From NCBI GenBank assembly GCA_019057385.1, contig JAHQJS010000005.1:64001-128000 (forward strand): a stretch of DNA of 64,000 nucleotides, written 5' to 3'. Source of the stretch: Candidatus Borrarchaeum weybense. GTDB taxonomy: Archaea; Asgardarchaeota; Sifarchaeia; Borrarchaeales; Borrarchaeaceae. Position 1 is the first letter of the stretch, and each line of letters starts with the position of its first letter. The notes beneath the pieces are model-generated. The model worked only from the letters and a program-made list of their open reading frames with translations. It made no database searches and was not told where the DNA came from. Below are positions 9,769 through 19,677 of this stretch, piece by piece. The translations under genes were made by a program, and so were the position numbers.

Positions 9769-11149
9769 CATTTCTTCGCAAGAAGACCCCCCCAACTTGT
9801 TGGGGGGATGAATTGCGTGTGTTACTTGTTTCACTTTCACCGTAGCGTCCCTCACTTTAAATAGCTTTTTGCGGATAGTAACTCTACTAGTGACATGAAT
9901 CTTCAGGGGAACATAGGGAGGGGTGTGATGAAACGCACGTACAAATTTCGCCTGTATCCAACCACACCACAACAGGCTACGTTCACGCAATGGCTGACTA
10001 CCTGTCGTTGTGTGTATAATAACGCTTTGGCCGAGCGAAAAGACGCCTGGCACACCCATCAACAAGCAGTCAGCTATTATGAGCAAGCCAACCACTTGAA
10101 AGACGCAAAAAAAACTAATCTGTTTTTGCAGGCGGTGCATTCGCAGGTACTGCAAGATACCCTAAGACGACTGGATAAGACCTTTAAGAACTTTTTTCGG
10201 CGTCTTAAGAAGGGTGAAAAGCCAGGTTACCCACGCTTTAAAGGAAAATACCGGTATGATTCCTTCACGTACCCGCAAAGTGGGTTCGCCCTCGATTACC
10301 ACAACAAGAAACTTCGGCTCTCGAAAATTGGAAGTATCACGATTACACTCCACCGCCCGATACCAACTGAGTGTGTGATCAAGACTTGCACCATTAAGCG
10401 TGATGTCGACCACTGGTATGCCTGTGTTGCAGTAGCACTGCCTGATCCTGCTCCTGACACTCAGCAAAGAGCCATAAAGAGCGCGATAGGTTTGGATGTG
10501 GGGCTGAAGAGTTTGCTGACCTTACATACTGGGGAAACCATAGATAATCCCCGCTGGTTGAGACACTCGGAGAAGAAAGTAGCCAAAGAACAACGAAGAA
10601 AAGATAGGAAGGTTAAGGGCTCAAATAACCGTCATAAGCAGAACAGGAAGGTGGCACAGGTACACCGGAAGATACGCCATCAGCGAAAGGACTTTCATCA
10701 CAAACTCAGCCGGAAATTGGTCGATAGTTATGACCTCATCGTGTATGAGAACCTTAGGATCACCAACATGGTGAAGAACCATCATCTCGCCAAGTCGATT
10801 AGTGATGCAGGCTGGAGGCAACTCATGCGTTTTACCGAGTACAAAGCGGAGGAAGCTGGTACTCTCGTAGAATATGTGAATGCCTATAACACCACACAAT
10901 TGTGTAGTCGGTGTGGGCAGCTGGTGCCGAAAACACTAGCAACCCGTATCCACCGCTGTCCGTACTGTGGATTGGTGTTAGCGAGAGATCATAATTCAGC
11001 CATCACTGTTTTACACCGATCAATTCACTATGTAGAAGCACGATCATCATCATCATCAGGGCAGGGACTGTCCGTTGAGCCTGTTTGACATATCCCGTTG
11101 GGGAATGGATGATTCAGGAAGCCAGCCTACTTGTAGGGTGGTAGTTCAC
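9769..11149 (+). mobile_element. IS200/IS605-family (IS1341-like, tnpB-only) element
   Basis: Left-end hairpin CCCCCCAAC-TT-GTTGGGGGG near 9788-9807, preceded by TATAT; right end ...CCTACTTGTAGGGTGGTAGTTCAC; no tnpA. Confidence 0.85.
9928..11088 (+). CDS. tnpB: RNA-guided endonuclease TnpB
   Basis: N-terminal YKFRLYPT HTH; RuvC motifs GLDVG, VYENL, RDHNSA; Zn finger CSRCG...CPYCG; catalytic D/E/D intact. Confidence 0.95.
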   Translation: MKRTYKFRLYPTTPQQATFTQWLTTCRCVYNNALAERKDAWHTHQQAVSYYEQANHLKDAKKTNLFLQAVHSQVLQDTLRRLDKTFKNFFRRLKKGEKPGYPRFKGKYRYDSFTYPQSGFALDYHNKKLRLSKIGSITITLHRPIPTECVIKTCTIKRDVDHWYACVAVALPDPAPDTQQRAIKSAIGLDVGLKSLLTLHTGETIDNPRWLRHSEKKVAKEQRRKDRKVKGSNNRHKQNRKVAQVHRKIRHQRKDFHHKLSRKLVDSYDLIVYENLRITNMVKNHHLAKSISDAGWRQLMRFTEYKAEEAGTLVEYVNAYNTTQLCSRCGQLVPKTLATRIHRCPYCGLVLARDHNSAITVLHRSIHYVEARSSSSSGQGLSVEPV

Positions 11150-11169
11150 CGATATGTAGAGAACACATT
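11000..11169 (+). ncRNA. putative TnpB omega/reRNA (scaffold to TTCAC at 11149 plus ~20-nt flank-derived guide)
   Basis: Established TnpB architecture; structured right end overlapping the tnpB 3' end; 5' boundary approximate. Confidence 0.6.
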
Positions 11170-11224
11170 TCTTAAAAAAGTAAAGAAGTATGCCATATTG
11201 AAACACTGCACAGGTTGGAAACAG

Positions 11225-12022
11225 ATGAATAACGAAAAGAACACGTCAAAAGATATCGGAGACAGGTTTCAACAAAAAACGAAATACCAAAGAAACAAAT
11301 TACCAAGACACTTTATGGACTGGGATAACAAACCTACGCTCTATAAAGCTTATGAGGATCCTATTGAGGAGCTCTCACTACCTGAACCTGAATTTAGGAA
11401 TGAAGCTAAACTCATGGAGGTTTTAGCTAGTAGAAGGTCGAGAAGAAACTATGATCCGCAAGAATCAATTGATCTTAAAACACTCTCAACCCTTCTATGG
11501 GCGACACAAGGAGCAACTTCAAAGCATGACACCCCGTTTGGACCTCTTTTTTTAAGAACAGCACCATCAGCAGGCGCATTATATCCTATTGAGACTTATT
11601 TGAATGTTCGACTCGTAACTGGCCTTGAACCTGGCATTTATCATTTTAGACCGCATTACTTTGATCTTGAGTTATTAAAGAAAGGTGATCATTCAGAAGA
11701 GTGTGCAGCAGCTGCACTCAACCAGAAGATGGTTAAATCCGCACAAGTTACGTTTGTATGGACAGCTGTTGTTGAGAGGTCAAAATGGAAATACCTCCAA
11801 AGAGCGTATAGATACATATATCTTGATGCAGGTCATATTGGACAAAATCTTTATCTAGCAGCGGAAGCGCTTCAGTTAGGTTGCTGTACAATTGGTGCTA
11901 TTTTTGACGAAGAAGCGAATAAATTACTAGATGTGGATGGTGTCAACGAAACCGTTGTCTATATGGCAACTGTTGGTGTACTTCGAAAGTCAATACAAGA
12001 CTTTCCTTCTATGCCGCCATAA
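11225..12022 (+). CDS. SagB/ThcOx-family nitroreductase-like dehydrogenase
   Basis: RRSRR, LLWATQG, RTAPSAGALYPIETY, LDAGHIGQNLYL. Confidence 0.9.
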   Translation: MNNEKNTSKDIGDRFQQKTKYQRNKLPRHFMDWDNKPTLYKAYEDPIEELSLPEPEFRNEAKLMEVLASRRSRRNYDPQESIDLKTLSTLLWATQGATSKHDTPFGPLFLRTAPSAGALYPIETYLNVRLVTGLEPGIYHFRPHYFDLELLKKGDHSEECAAAALNQKMVKSAQVTFVWTAVVERSKWKYLQRAYRYIYLDAGHIGQNLYLAAEALQLGCCTIGAIFDEEANKLLDVDGVNETVVYMATVGVLRKSIQDFPSMPP

Positions 12023-12131
12023 ACATCATTATATTTTGAAATCTCAAAAAGTTAGTCTCAATGTTCTAGATCACAAAAGGAAAAAGATTTACGAAAGAAA
12101 CCACCAATAGATAGGATGGGGGTTTTGAATT

Positions 12132-13343
12132 ATGCCAAAATATGTAATTAAACCAAATGTATATTGCATCTCTATCAATGACAGGACAACTGACCTATTC
12201 GAAGGACTTTGGCCAGTAACGGAAGAAGGCGTCTCATACAACTCGTATATGATCGTTGACGAGAAAAAGGTGTTGATCGATTTATCTAAAGCATTTAAAG
12301 GGGACGAATTCTTTGACGCGGTAGAAGAAATTATTCCAATTTCAGAACTTGACTATGTAATTATGAACCATTTGGAACCTGACCATGGCGGACTCGTAAC
12401 CACTATGCGAAGAATCAACCCTAATTTAACCATCTTGTGTACCGACAAGGCAAAAGAAATGCTTGCAACATTTTATAATATAACTGACAACGTGCAAGCT
12501 GTAAGTGACGGAGAAACCCTTGATCTTGGCACTAAAACTTTACAGTTCTTCCATGCACCCTTTGTACACTGGCCAGAAACAATGGTAACCTATGATACTG
12601 CTGATAATATTCTCTTCGCGTGCGACGCATTTGGCGGGTACGGAGCTATTCGTGGTGCCATCTTTGACGATGAAATCAAAGAAGAAGAGTGGGAGTTCTA
12701 CATAAGAGAATCACTTCGCTACTATGTGAACATCGTTGCGAAATTTAGCGGGCAAGTAAATAAAGCAATAAAAAAATTAGTTGACGCAGGCCTCAAAATT
12801 GATGTAATCGCTCCTTCTCATGGAATTATCTGGCGTAAAAACCCAGGGCAGATTATCGAGTTATATCAGAAATGGGCAGGATATATGCTTGGGGAAACTG
12901 AGCCAGGTATAACTGTACTTTATGCAAGCATGTATGGCAATACAGAAGCAATGATGAATGCCGTAGTTCAGGGAATTTCTGAAGTTGGTGTACCAGTTGA
13001 AGTCTTTGACGTCGCAAGAATTAACGTGAGTTATATTCTTCCGGCGCTATGGTCCAATAAAGGCATTATGATCGGTGCTCCTACCTACGAAGCAGGTCTC
13101 TTTCCTCTAATGGTTTATGTCTTAGATATGGCGAAACGTAAACGCATCCTTAATAAAAAAGTTGCCCGATTTGGCAGTAAGGGATGGAGTGGTGGTGCAC
13201 AGAAAGAAGTTGAGGAACTGGTAGAGCGCAATAGATGGGAACTCACTGATTATTTTGAGTTCACCGGTCATGCTACAAAAGAGGAATTAACAAAAGGTGA
13301 AGAATTCGGTAAGAAGTTTGCGCAACTCATAAAGAGTTCATAA
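12132..13343 (+). CDS. fprA: FprA-type flavodiiron protein
   Basis: NHLEPDH, HWPETM, CDAFG, PSHG, YASMYGNTE. Confidence 0.95.
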   Translation: MPKYVIKPNVYCISINDRTTDLFEGLWPVTEEGVSYNSYMIVDEKKVLIDLSKAFKGDEFFDAVEEIIPISELDYVIMNHLEPDHGGLVTTMRRINPNLTILCTDKAKEMLATFYNITDNVQAVSDGETLDLGTKTLQFFHAPFVHWPETMVTYDTADNILFACDAFGGYGAIRGAIFDDEIKEEEWEFYIRESLRYYVNIVAKFSGQVNKAIKKLVDAGLKIDVIAPSHGIIWRKNPGQIIELYQKWAGYMLGETEPGITVLYASMYGNTEAMMNAVVQGISEVGVPVEVFDVARINVSYILPALWSNKGIMIGAPTYEAGLFPLMVYVLDMAKRKRILNKKVARFGSKGWSGGAQKEVEELVERNRWELTDYFEFTGHATKEELTKGEEFGKKFAQLIKSS

Positions 13344-13400
13344 CGAGCCGATAAAGGTACTGCCTTCATTCTTTTTTTTCATATTTAATCGCAGATGCAT

Positions 13401-14360
13401 TCATTTTTTTTGCTTTCGGACATACTTAATTGCATTCATGCCCGCTACAGCACCTTCCCCGGCTGCAGTGACTATTTGCATCCCACCACAAGTGACATCC
13501 CCAGCAGCGAACACGCCGGATAAATTGGTTTGTTGCATTCTATCAACTTGTATGCAATTACGCCCTCCTATTTTCACTCCTGCCTTTTTGAATAACGGCG
13601 TCATTGGGATCGCTTTAAAAACAAACACGGCATCAATTTTTAGTTCCTTTTCTCCCTCATCATTTTCAATTACAATACTTTCTACTTTCTCTTGTCCCTT
13701 AATTTCTTTTACAACAGCAGTTTCAATTATTGGAATATTCAATTCTTTGATTTCTTCAACTAGTTCTGGTGAAACCTTGAGCCCATCGGGGTCATCGAGG
13801 ATCCAGGTAACTTTGCAGCCCATCTGATGAAGAGTTAAAAGGTCTTCTGCGGCCTCATTGCTATTTCCGATTGCCACTACCTCACGTCCTCTGTAAAGAG
13901 GTCCATCACATGTGGCACAATAACTCACACCCATTCCTACAAAGGATGCTTCTCCAGGGATCAGTTTTTTCCTTGCTGTGCCTTTACCAGTAGCAATAAC
14001 CACGGCAACAGCGGATATCGCATTTTTTTTGGTGGTGATAAGTTTAGGATCACCCAAGACGAAATCGGTTACTTCCGTTTCTATAATTCTTGCTCCAAAT
14101 TTTTGAGTATGTTCTATGAACTTTTCGAGAAGATCTGCGCCTTTTATAGAAGGGATTCCTGGATAATTTTCGATTAAATGCCCCTTACCTAAATAAGATT
14201 CTGACTTTTTCCCAACGATAATCGTATCTAATCCCGCGCGTGCAGTATAAATTGCTGCTGCTAGACCAGCAGGTCCAGTACCGATGCAGAGGACGTCAGT
14301 GGATATACTTTCTAATGTAGGACCAATATCTACACTAATTCCAAAATCCAGCTCCATCAA
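13401..14360 (-). CDS. trxB: thioredoxin reductase
   Basis: GTGPAG, GVSYCATCDG, FAAGD. Confidence 0.9.
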   Translation of the reverse strand: MMELDFGISVDIGPTLESISTDVLCIGTGPAGLAAAIYTARAGLDTIIVGKKSESYLGKGHLIENYPGIPSIKGADLLEKFIEHTQKFGARIIETEVTDFVLGDPKLITTKKNAISAVAVVIATGKGTARKKLIPGEASFVGMGVSYCATCDGPLYRGREVVAIGNSNEAAEDLLTLHQMGCKVTWILDDPDGLKVSPELVEEIKELNIPIIETAVVKEIKGQEKVESIVIENDEGEKELKIDAVFVFKAIPMTPLFKKAGVKIGGRNCIQVDRMQQTNLSGVFAAGDVTCGGMQIVTAAGEGAVAGMNAIKYVRKQKK

Positions 14361-14478
14361 AAAACCTCCACTGAAGGAATGTTTCTAGAAAAATATATTC
14401 TTTTTAGTATTTTAAAAATTGAAAACCTAAAAATGAATTCACTATAAAAAAGGGATAAGTGTGGTTTTTCGGGTTAAT

Positions 14479-15705
14479 CTATGTGCCTAGCACTGCAGAA
14501 GATAATGCTAGGTTGCAATGCATTATTTCCTTTTGTTGAGTCGTTGCTTGTTCGCCGAAAACATTGTATCCGATGAACGGTGTGTCACCAAGAGCCATTT
14601 TTGCCTGTTCGACTACTTCACCGACTCTATCCCCAATTGCCAGTCTACATCCAGCACAGTGGACGAGAAAACCGAAACTTGGTTGTGATATCTTGCCCAT
14701 GTCAATCGCTCTCTTAAAGACTGCATTAGTCTCCGCAACTAATTCATCTTGTGTAGCAGACAAAACAGCAATATCAGCCCCTTGAGGAAATACCACATAA
14801 CCATCTATTGATAGATCCTCATTGACATTGCCAGGATGCACCGTCTGCCAATAGCCCTCGTGTGCAATTCCGATCGGATTAAAGAAGGATTCGCTTAATA
14901 TCGCTCCACCTTTAATTGAGTCTAAAGTTTTGCCCGCCCATTCCGCATAGACTTCTGCTGCGGGGCGCCCATCTATTTCGTAGAGTGTCCTTCCTTTGGC
15001 CTTCGTTGCTTTACCACGTTTCAAAGGTTCATATTCCTGACTATAACTATAGCCAACCTTAAGATCCTTTGAATACAAGCAAGCTACCGATAAATAGTCG
15101 CTGTATACGTCCAAATCAGCAAACTGCTTCCATTTACCCTCAAGTGTATTATCCGCTGAGGTGCCTCCAACTATTGGAAACATTGTAGGGACGGCACTTC
15201 TAATCCCACGGATGTGCCCCTCTTCAACTCCCGGTGCAGCGCACATCAACACCAAATCCGGTGGATGGCGTTCAGTTTGCCCTACCGCAGTAGTCGTACG
15301 TGAGTCCACAGCGGTCTGAACGTGTTCACCAACATCGGCTAAGGCTCGTTTCATTGCGAGTTCGCCTTCACCGAAACCATCACTTCTGATTTTTGTCGCC
15401 CCTACGCCAACAGTCAAAGTCGGTGAAGATAAAATTGCTACCCCTACAGAGCCATTTTCACTTTCAATAAAACCGTCAGGGGTCCACACACCACCTAATG
15501 ATGTCCCGCCCCATAGTGGCGCTCTTTTTGTGGCTTTATTGATTCCATTTATTATTTTTTGTTCATTATATTGAACTGTGCAAAATGCTATTGTAAAGGT
15601 TGGTTCGGCACCGCCAAGTTGTGCTAGAGCTTTATTAGCGGCTTCTGTTCCTGCCTCTTTCGGATCTTCCAAAGTAGAATATCCTATTCCTACCTTCAAG
15701 GACAT
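14479..15705 (-). CDS. FIST N/C domain protein
   Basis: GGTSADN, LYEIDGRPA, HCAGCR, GYNVFGEQ, HCN. Confidence 0.85.
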   Translation of the reverse strand: MSLKVGIGYSTLEDPKEAGTEAANKALAQLGGAEPTFTIAFCTVQYNEQKIINGINKATKRAPLWGGTSLGGVWTPDGFIESENGSVGVAILSSPTLTVGVGATKIRSDGFGEGELAMKRALADVGEHVQTAVDSRTTTAVGQTERHPPDLVLMCAAPGVEEGHIRGIRSAVPTMFPIVGGTSADNTLEGKWKQFADLDVYSDYLSVACLYSKDLKVGYSYSQEYEPLKRGKATKAKGRTLYEIDGRPAAEVYAEWAGKTLDSIKGGAILSESFFNPIGIAHEGYWQTVHPGNVNEDLSIDGYVVFPQGADIAVLSATQDELVAETNAVFKRAIDMGKISQPSFGFLVHCAGCRLAIGDRVGEVVEQAKMALGDTPFIGYNVFGEQATTQQKEIMHCNLALSSAVLGT

Positions 15706-15807
15706 TTTTCATTACCTAACAAAGCGTTACTATTAGAATTTAAAATATAATATTGATGTCTAACGCTTTTAGGGTTTCGATTGAGGCGAATATTTCAATT
15801 AAAATTA

Positions 15808-16113
15808 TTAATGTGCGGGAATACTACGTACTGATCCTTGATGAAATGAATAAGAATTCACATAATAATTCAATATTAATTCTTCTAGTAGTACTTGGTC
15901 ACACACACCACCTATTTTCATGAAGTCAGGGAAAACAAGTGTAGGACATACAACTACATCATACTTTTTAGAAGTCTCTGGAATTTTGGTTATATCTACT
16001 TTTTTGATTTTGATTGGTAGTTTATTTTTTTCAATAACTCCTAAAAGACGTTGTTCTACCAGAGGACAAAGACCACATGTGGGCGATATAAAAAGATAGA
16101 CTTCTAATTTCAT
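15808..16113 (-). CDS. thioredoxin/glutaredoxin-like protein
   Basis: SPTCGLCP and VVCPTLV. Confidence 0.8.
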   Translation of the reverse strand: MKLEVYLFISPTCGLCPLVEQRLLGVIEKNKLPIKIKKVDITKIPETSKKYDVVVCPTLVFPDFMKIGGVCDQVLLEELILNYYVNSYSFHQGSVRSIPAH

Positions 16114-16261
16114 TCGTTTCCCCTGCCTACTTCCTTTAACTTTATATAAAGACCACATTTTTTGTGAGAGTCCAAAAATTAGCTGAGTTTATCGAATGTA
16201 TTTAAGTTACAAATTTAAACCACATAATCCATTTTAGAGTGCATAACAAAAGGTGGAGTCT

Positions 16262-16411
16262 TTAACCTCTATTCTTCTCCTTAAGCCATAACTTGATCGC
16301 TTCTTCTATCGCTTTACTTTGATCGCCTTTTTTCCCACCTAGTCTCTTTGCTACTTCCACTCTGAATTCCTTTTCTAGCTCATCATCTATTACGAAGGAG
16401 ACTTTGCCCAT
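16262..16411 (-). CDS. ribbon-helix-helix (CopG-like) regulator, 49 aa, not in the ORF track
   Basis: MGKVSFVIDDELEKEFRVEVAKRLGGKKGDQSKAIEEAIKLWLKEKNRG*; GGTGA RBS; divergent from the cas7-like gene. Confidence 0.8.
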   Translation of the reverse strand: MGKVSFVIDDELEKEFRVEVAKRLGGKKGDQSKAIEEAIKLWLKEKNRG

Positions 16412-16431
16412 CTAATATCACCCGCACAATT

Positions 16432-16506
16432 TATAGGAATATCTACTTATATGATTAACGGTTATTATTGATATTCCTATATTCAGAAAAGTTTATATAG
16501 GAATAT
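16432..16506. promoter_or_regulatory. divergent promoter with three TATAGGAATAT boxes (putative RHH operators)
   Basis: Perfect 11-mers at 16432-16442 (+), 16471-16481 (inverted) and 16496-16506 (+); the last overlaps TTTATATA at 16492-16499. Confidence 0.7.
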
Positions 16507-16629
16507 GACCTTATAAATAATGCCGACGAAAAAACTTGTCGCATAGAAAACGAATGCGGGTACAAAAATAGCGATTTTTTCCAAATATGATACATAAAAA
16601 ATCATCTCAAGTTAGGGGAGTCGTGTGGC

Positions 16630-17472
16630 ATGTCCAAAAAAATGTCTGACCGAGTTAAGAGGATACAAAATCCTCAGAGAATTCTAAAAGTGGTTGCTTA
16701 TACCGCAATCGCCAAACCGTTAAACGGTTCTCTTCCTAGAAGTAATAATTCGCATTTTTTGAGATTATATCCTATAAAGTATTCTTACAGGAATGGTAAA
16801 GAGGAAAAGGAAGCTTTCTCTATATCGTATTTACTTAAAGGGATTAGAGGAGCTATTAGGCATCAAGTGATGAAGACTTGTTATGATGCTGGTGTGGAGG
16901 TGTGCCACACTAGCGATAAAGCGACCGATAAAGCGGGCAACAGTCTTCTTCCTAAAGGTTTTCATCTTTCGGGTTCTTGTAAGGGCAATGGTGAATGCAT
17001 AGTTCATCAAGTTTTTGGATCTATGGGTACTGAAGGTTTAATTTCTGTCTACGCAGAGCCAATTACAGCAATTTCTCATAAATCGGCTAAAACTGAAGTT
17101 AAAGTTCAAAAAGTCCATATTGCCACTGAAAATCGTGTTTGCATGACTTTTGATAACAAACCTGTCCAAGACTTTGGCGAGCGGTATTTTTCCGGTGAAT
17201 TTACCTTTGAAATTGATGTTACGCGTTGTACAAGTGAACAAATTGGTTTATTGATTGAATCAGTTATTAACATGCAAAGACTAGGCAGAGGATACAATGC
17301 GGGATATGGTAGGGTTCAAATTAAGCGATTTCAATTATTAGAGCGCATAATAAAGAGGATTCCGGAGTGGCAAGAAGATAACTTCATTGTCAAAGAAGAA
17401 CTTAACGAAATTTCGTTAAAAAACGAGGTTGTAGAGGCGATGGAGGCTTGGAATGCTTACGTTAATACTTGA
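16630..17472 (+). CDS. cas7: Cas7-family RAMP (Csm3-like), copy 1
   Basis: KGIRGAIRH helix, Cys/His-rich insert ending CIVHQVFG, thumb HIATENRV, G-rich loop LGRGYNAGYGRV. Confidence 0.8.
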   Translation: MSKKMSDRVKRIQNPQRILKVVAYTAIAKPLNGSLPRSNNSHFLRLYPIKYSYRNGKEEKEAFSISYLLKGIRGAIRHQVMKTCYDAGVEVCHTSDKATDKAGNSLLPKGFHLSGSCKGNGECIVHQVFGSMGTEGLISVYAEPITAISHKSAKTEVKVQKVHIATENRVCMTFDNKPVQDFGERYFSGEFTFEIDVTRCTSEQIGLLIESVINMQRLGRGYNAGYGRVQIKRFQLLERIIKRIPEWQEDNFIVKEELNEISLKNEVVEAMEAWNAYVNT

Positions 17473-18274
17473 AGGTCAAATTGTAACTCCAATTGTCACT
17501 AGGAAAACTGAATTTTATATGGAAGGATGTAAAGCTATAATTAAGCATCCAAGAAGACGTTATTACAATAAAATTAATGCATCTAAGCCGATGTATCCCT
17601 ATTCATTTCAGTGCTATTTAGGAGCTATTGAATTACACTTTAGATGTTCAAATACTGCAAAACTAAAACAGAAATTAAAAGATTTGTTGCAGATTAAAGC
17701 GATAGGGCGCTTTCATAGTGAAGGGATGGGATTGGTCCAATGGATCAAGGGCACCATACATTCGAATTATGAGCCAACTCACACAAAAAATACACGAACA
17801 CTCCGAATTCGCAAAGGTCTTCCTCATAATTTAACAAAAGATACCAAGAAACTGTTATTGTATGCTTTGCTTCATGATTTTGTTAATACGCCTAAACATA
17901 AATCTAAAATTTACATAGAACCGAATCTAGACGGCATAGCGTATTTATGCAACCATCATGATAAAACAGAAGACAGTTTCATTCAGTTATTTCAGAAATA
18001 TGACCATCTAGCGGCCATGATTACAAGAAAGATAAGGTCACCCAGAACTAATAGGTATAACTGGTCTTCCAATAGCAATATTAATTTTGAAAAATTAGCA
18101 ACAGAGATAAAGGAGGTGGCATCCAACATTTGGAAGTTGTATGATTACATCTATCAGAGTAAAGAACTAGAGCAATTAAACGAAAGTTTACAACATGGCC
18201 ACACGTCATTAAGAAATCATTTACTGGTGATAGTCAATTTAATAGTGCATGATTTTCAAAGAAATGAACTTTGA
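17453..18274 (+). CDS. Cas5-like RAMP fused to Cas10-type permuted HD domain, copy 1
   Basis: G-rich loop IGRFHSEGMGLV; LLHDF, H, NHHD, YDHLAA and C-terminal TSLRNHLL. Confidence 0.7.
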   Translation: MLTLILEGQIVTPIVTRKTEFYMEGCKAIIKHPRRRYYNKINASKPMYPYSFQCYLGAIELHFRCSNTAKLKQKLKDLLQIKAIGRFHSEGMGLVQWIKGTIHSNYEPTHTKNTRTLRIRKGLPHNLTKDTKKLLLYALLHDFVNTPKHKSKIYIEPNLDGIAYLCNHHDKTEDSFIQLFQKYDHLAAMITRKIRSPRTNRYNWSSNSNINFEKLATEIKEVASNIWKLYDYIYQSKELEQLNESLQHGHTSLRNHLLVIVNLIVHDFQRNEL

Positions 18275-18413
18275 AGGGTTTTGCACACCAAGGGACAGAT
18301 TGCCGTTGCCCTGCTAAATGTGAGCAGAAGGGCTTGATAGTAGGGCGTTAAAGGTTTCTGCTCTTTACCCCGCACCCAAAATATTATATTGGATTGGGGA
18401 TCCTTAAGGCACT

Positions 18414-18902
18414 ATGACTGAAACAACTGAAAAGCCCTATTTAGACTATATTGATTTTGGACATGCAAGCCTCAAAAATTTCTTCGTTTTCCGAATTAGC
18501 AAAGGTGGTGACTTGTTCCGCTGTCTTGAAGCGAAATTAAAAGACGAAGGAATTAGATCAGGTTTAGTACTGTTCATGCTCGGGACGTTGAGAAACGCAC
18601 GTCTTGCTTATTTCAACACAAATATTGGCGAGTTTCACGTGAATGAATTCAATCCTCCTGGAGGTATTGAATGTGTTGCAGGGAGCGGTACTGTAAGCAT
18701 TCAAGAAGACGAAATGCTAGCACATATCCATGTGGTTGTTGCTGGTCCAACAGGAAATGCCTATGGCGGTCATATTTACCCCGGGAGTATTGTAAAAGAG
18801 TATATAGAAGGCGGCATAGTGATTTTAGAAGATATACGTATGGAACGAATTTATGATGAAAATGTTAAAGCTTTTCCTCTGAAGTTTTTCGATCCTGAAT
18901 GA
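18414..18902 (+). CDS. PPC/DUF296 domain protein
   Basis: LGTLRNARL, HIHVVVA, AYGGHI. Confidence 0.85.
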   Translation: MTETTEKPYLDYIDFGHASLKNFFVFRISKGGDLFRCLEAKLKDEGIRSGLVLFMLGTLRNARLAYFNTNIGEFHVNEFNPPGGIECVAGSGTVSIQEDEMLAHIHVVVAGPTGNAYGGHIYPGSIVKEYIEGGIVILEDIRMERIYDENVKAFPLKFFDPE

Positions 18903-18938
18903 AAGGGAAAAATTAGCGAGAAATATATCGTAAAAAGG

Positions 18939-19469
18939 TTACATTCTGACGAGTTTTTCGCCTTTTTCTATCACAACTTTACAAGACGTCGGAAATTTCA
19001 TAGCGGCACGTCGTAATGCATCCTTTGAAAACTTGAAGTTTTCAGCAGTCGTTCTGACGGTAACTAATGGTTGGCCACGACGTACTCGGGCAGCTGTACC
19101 GATTGGTTTTCCAAATGCCCGTCGCATACCGTCTTGAAGCCTGTCTGCACCTGCAAAAGCCATCATCTTGTTTTCTCTAAGAACGTGAAACGGGTGCGGG
19201 CGAATTCTTAAATGATATCCTTGTCTTCCGATTGTCTTTGTGAGATATCTATTTACAGTTTGTCTTGCTGCTTCTAAAGCGCTGTGGCGAATTTGACATG
19301 ATTCTTCTGCAATCAATGAAACTTTTAAAGGAAACTGTTCAATGCCACCTGTCCTCAATCCCATGTCATAAATTGTAATTTTTGGACCAGGGATGCCGCG
19401 CATGTACTTTTTTCTTGTGTACGCTTTTTTCTTGAGGTTACGATAACATTTCGCTGGTCTTTCTGGAAT
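18939..19469 (-). CDS. rpl10e: 50S ribosomal protein uL16 (L10e)
   Basis: [17 protein letters not shown]...[15 protein letters not shown]; the conserved N-terminus PERPAKCYR extends to an ATT codon at 19469. Confidence 0.95.
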   Translation of the reverse strand: MPERPAKCYRNLKKKAYTRKKYMRGIPGPKITIYDMGLRTGGIEQFPLKVSLIAEESCQIRHSALEAARQTVNRYLTKTIGRQGYHLRIRPHPFHVLRENKMMAFAGADRLQDGMRRAFGKPIGTAARVRRGQPLVTVRTTAENFKFSKDALRRAAMKFPTSCKVVIEKGEKLVRM

Positions 19470-19677
19470 AGTAATACACCTTCTTTGAATTCTAGTAGCG
19501 TGAAGTACAGTAAAATGGTTGTTTTTTAACTTTATCGGAAGAGTGGTGAGAGGTATAACACGTCATCGAATTGCACTAAACGGTTGTTTTAAAGATTGAA
19601 TTCACAATATATTAGTACAATTATTTCTAGAATTGATATTTTTTGTATTTAAACTAAAATTTGTTGTGGTGAAAGAA

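Noticed and set aside
11075-11224. N-terminal extension of the SagB-like ORF given in the track
   Set aside because: It runs through the IS right end; the real start is more likely ATG 11225
18286-18315. Resemblance to the TnpB omegaRNA 5' part (CAGGGACTGTCCGTTGAGCCTG)
   Set aside because: Short and needs several gaps; compatible with chance
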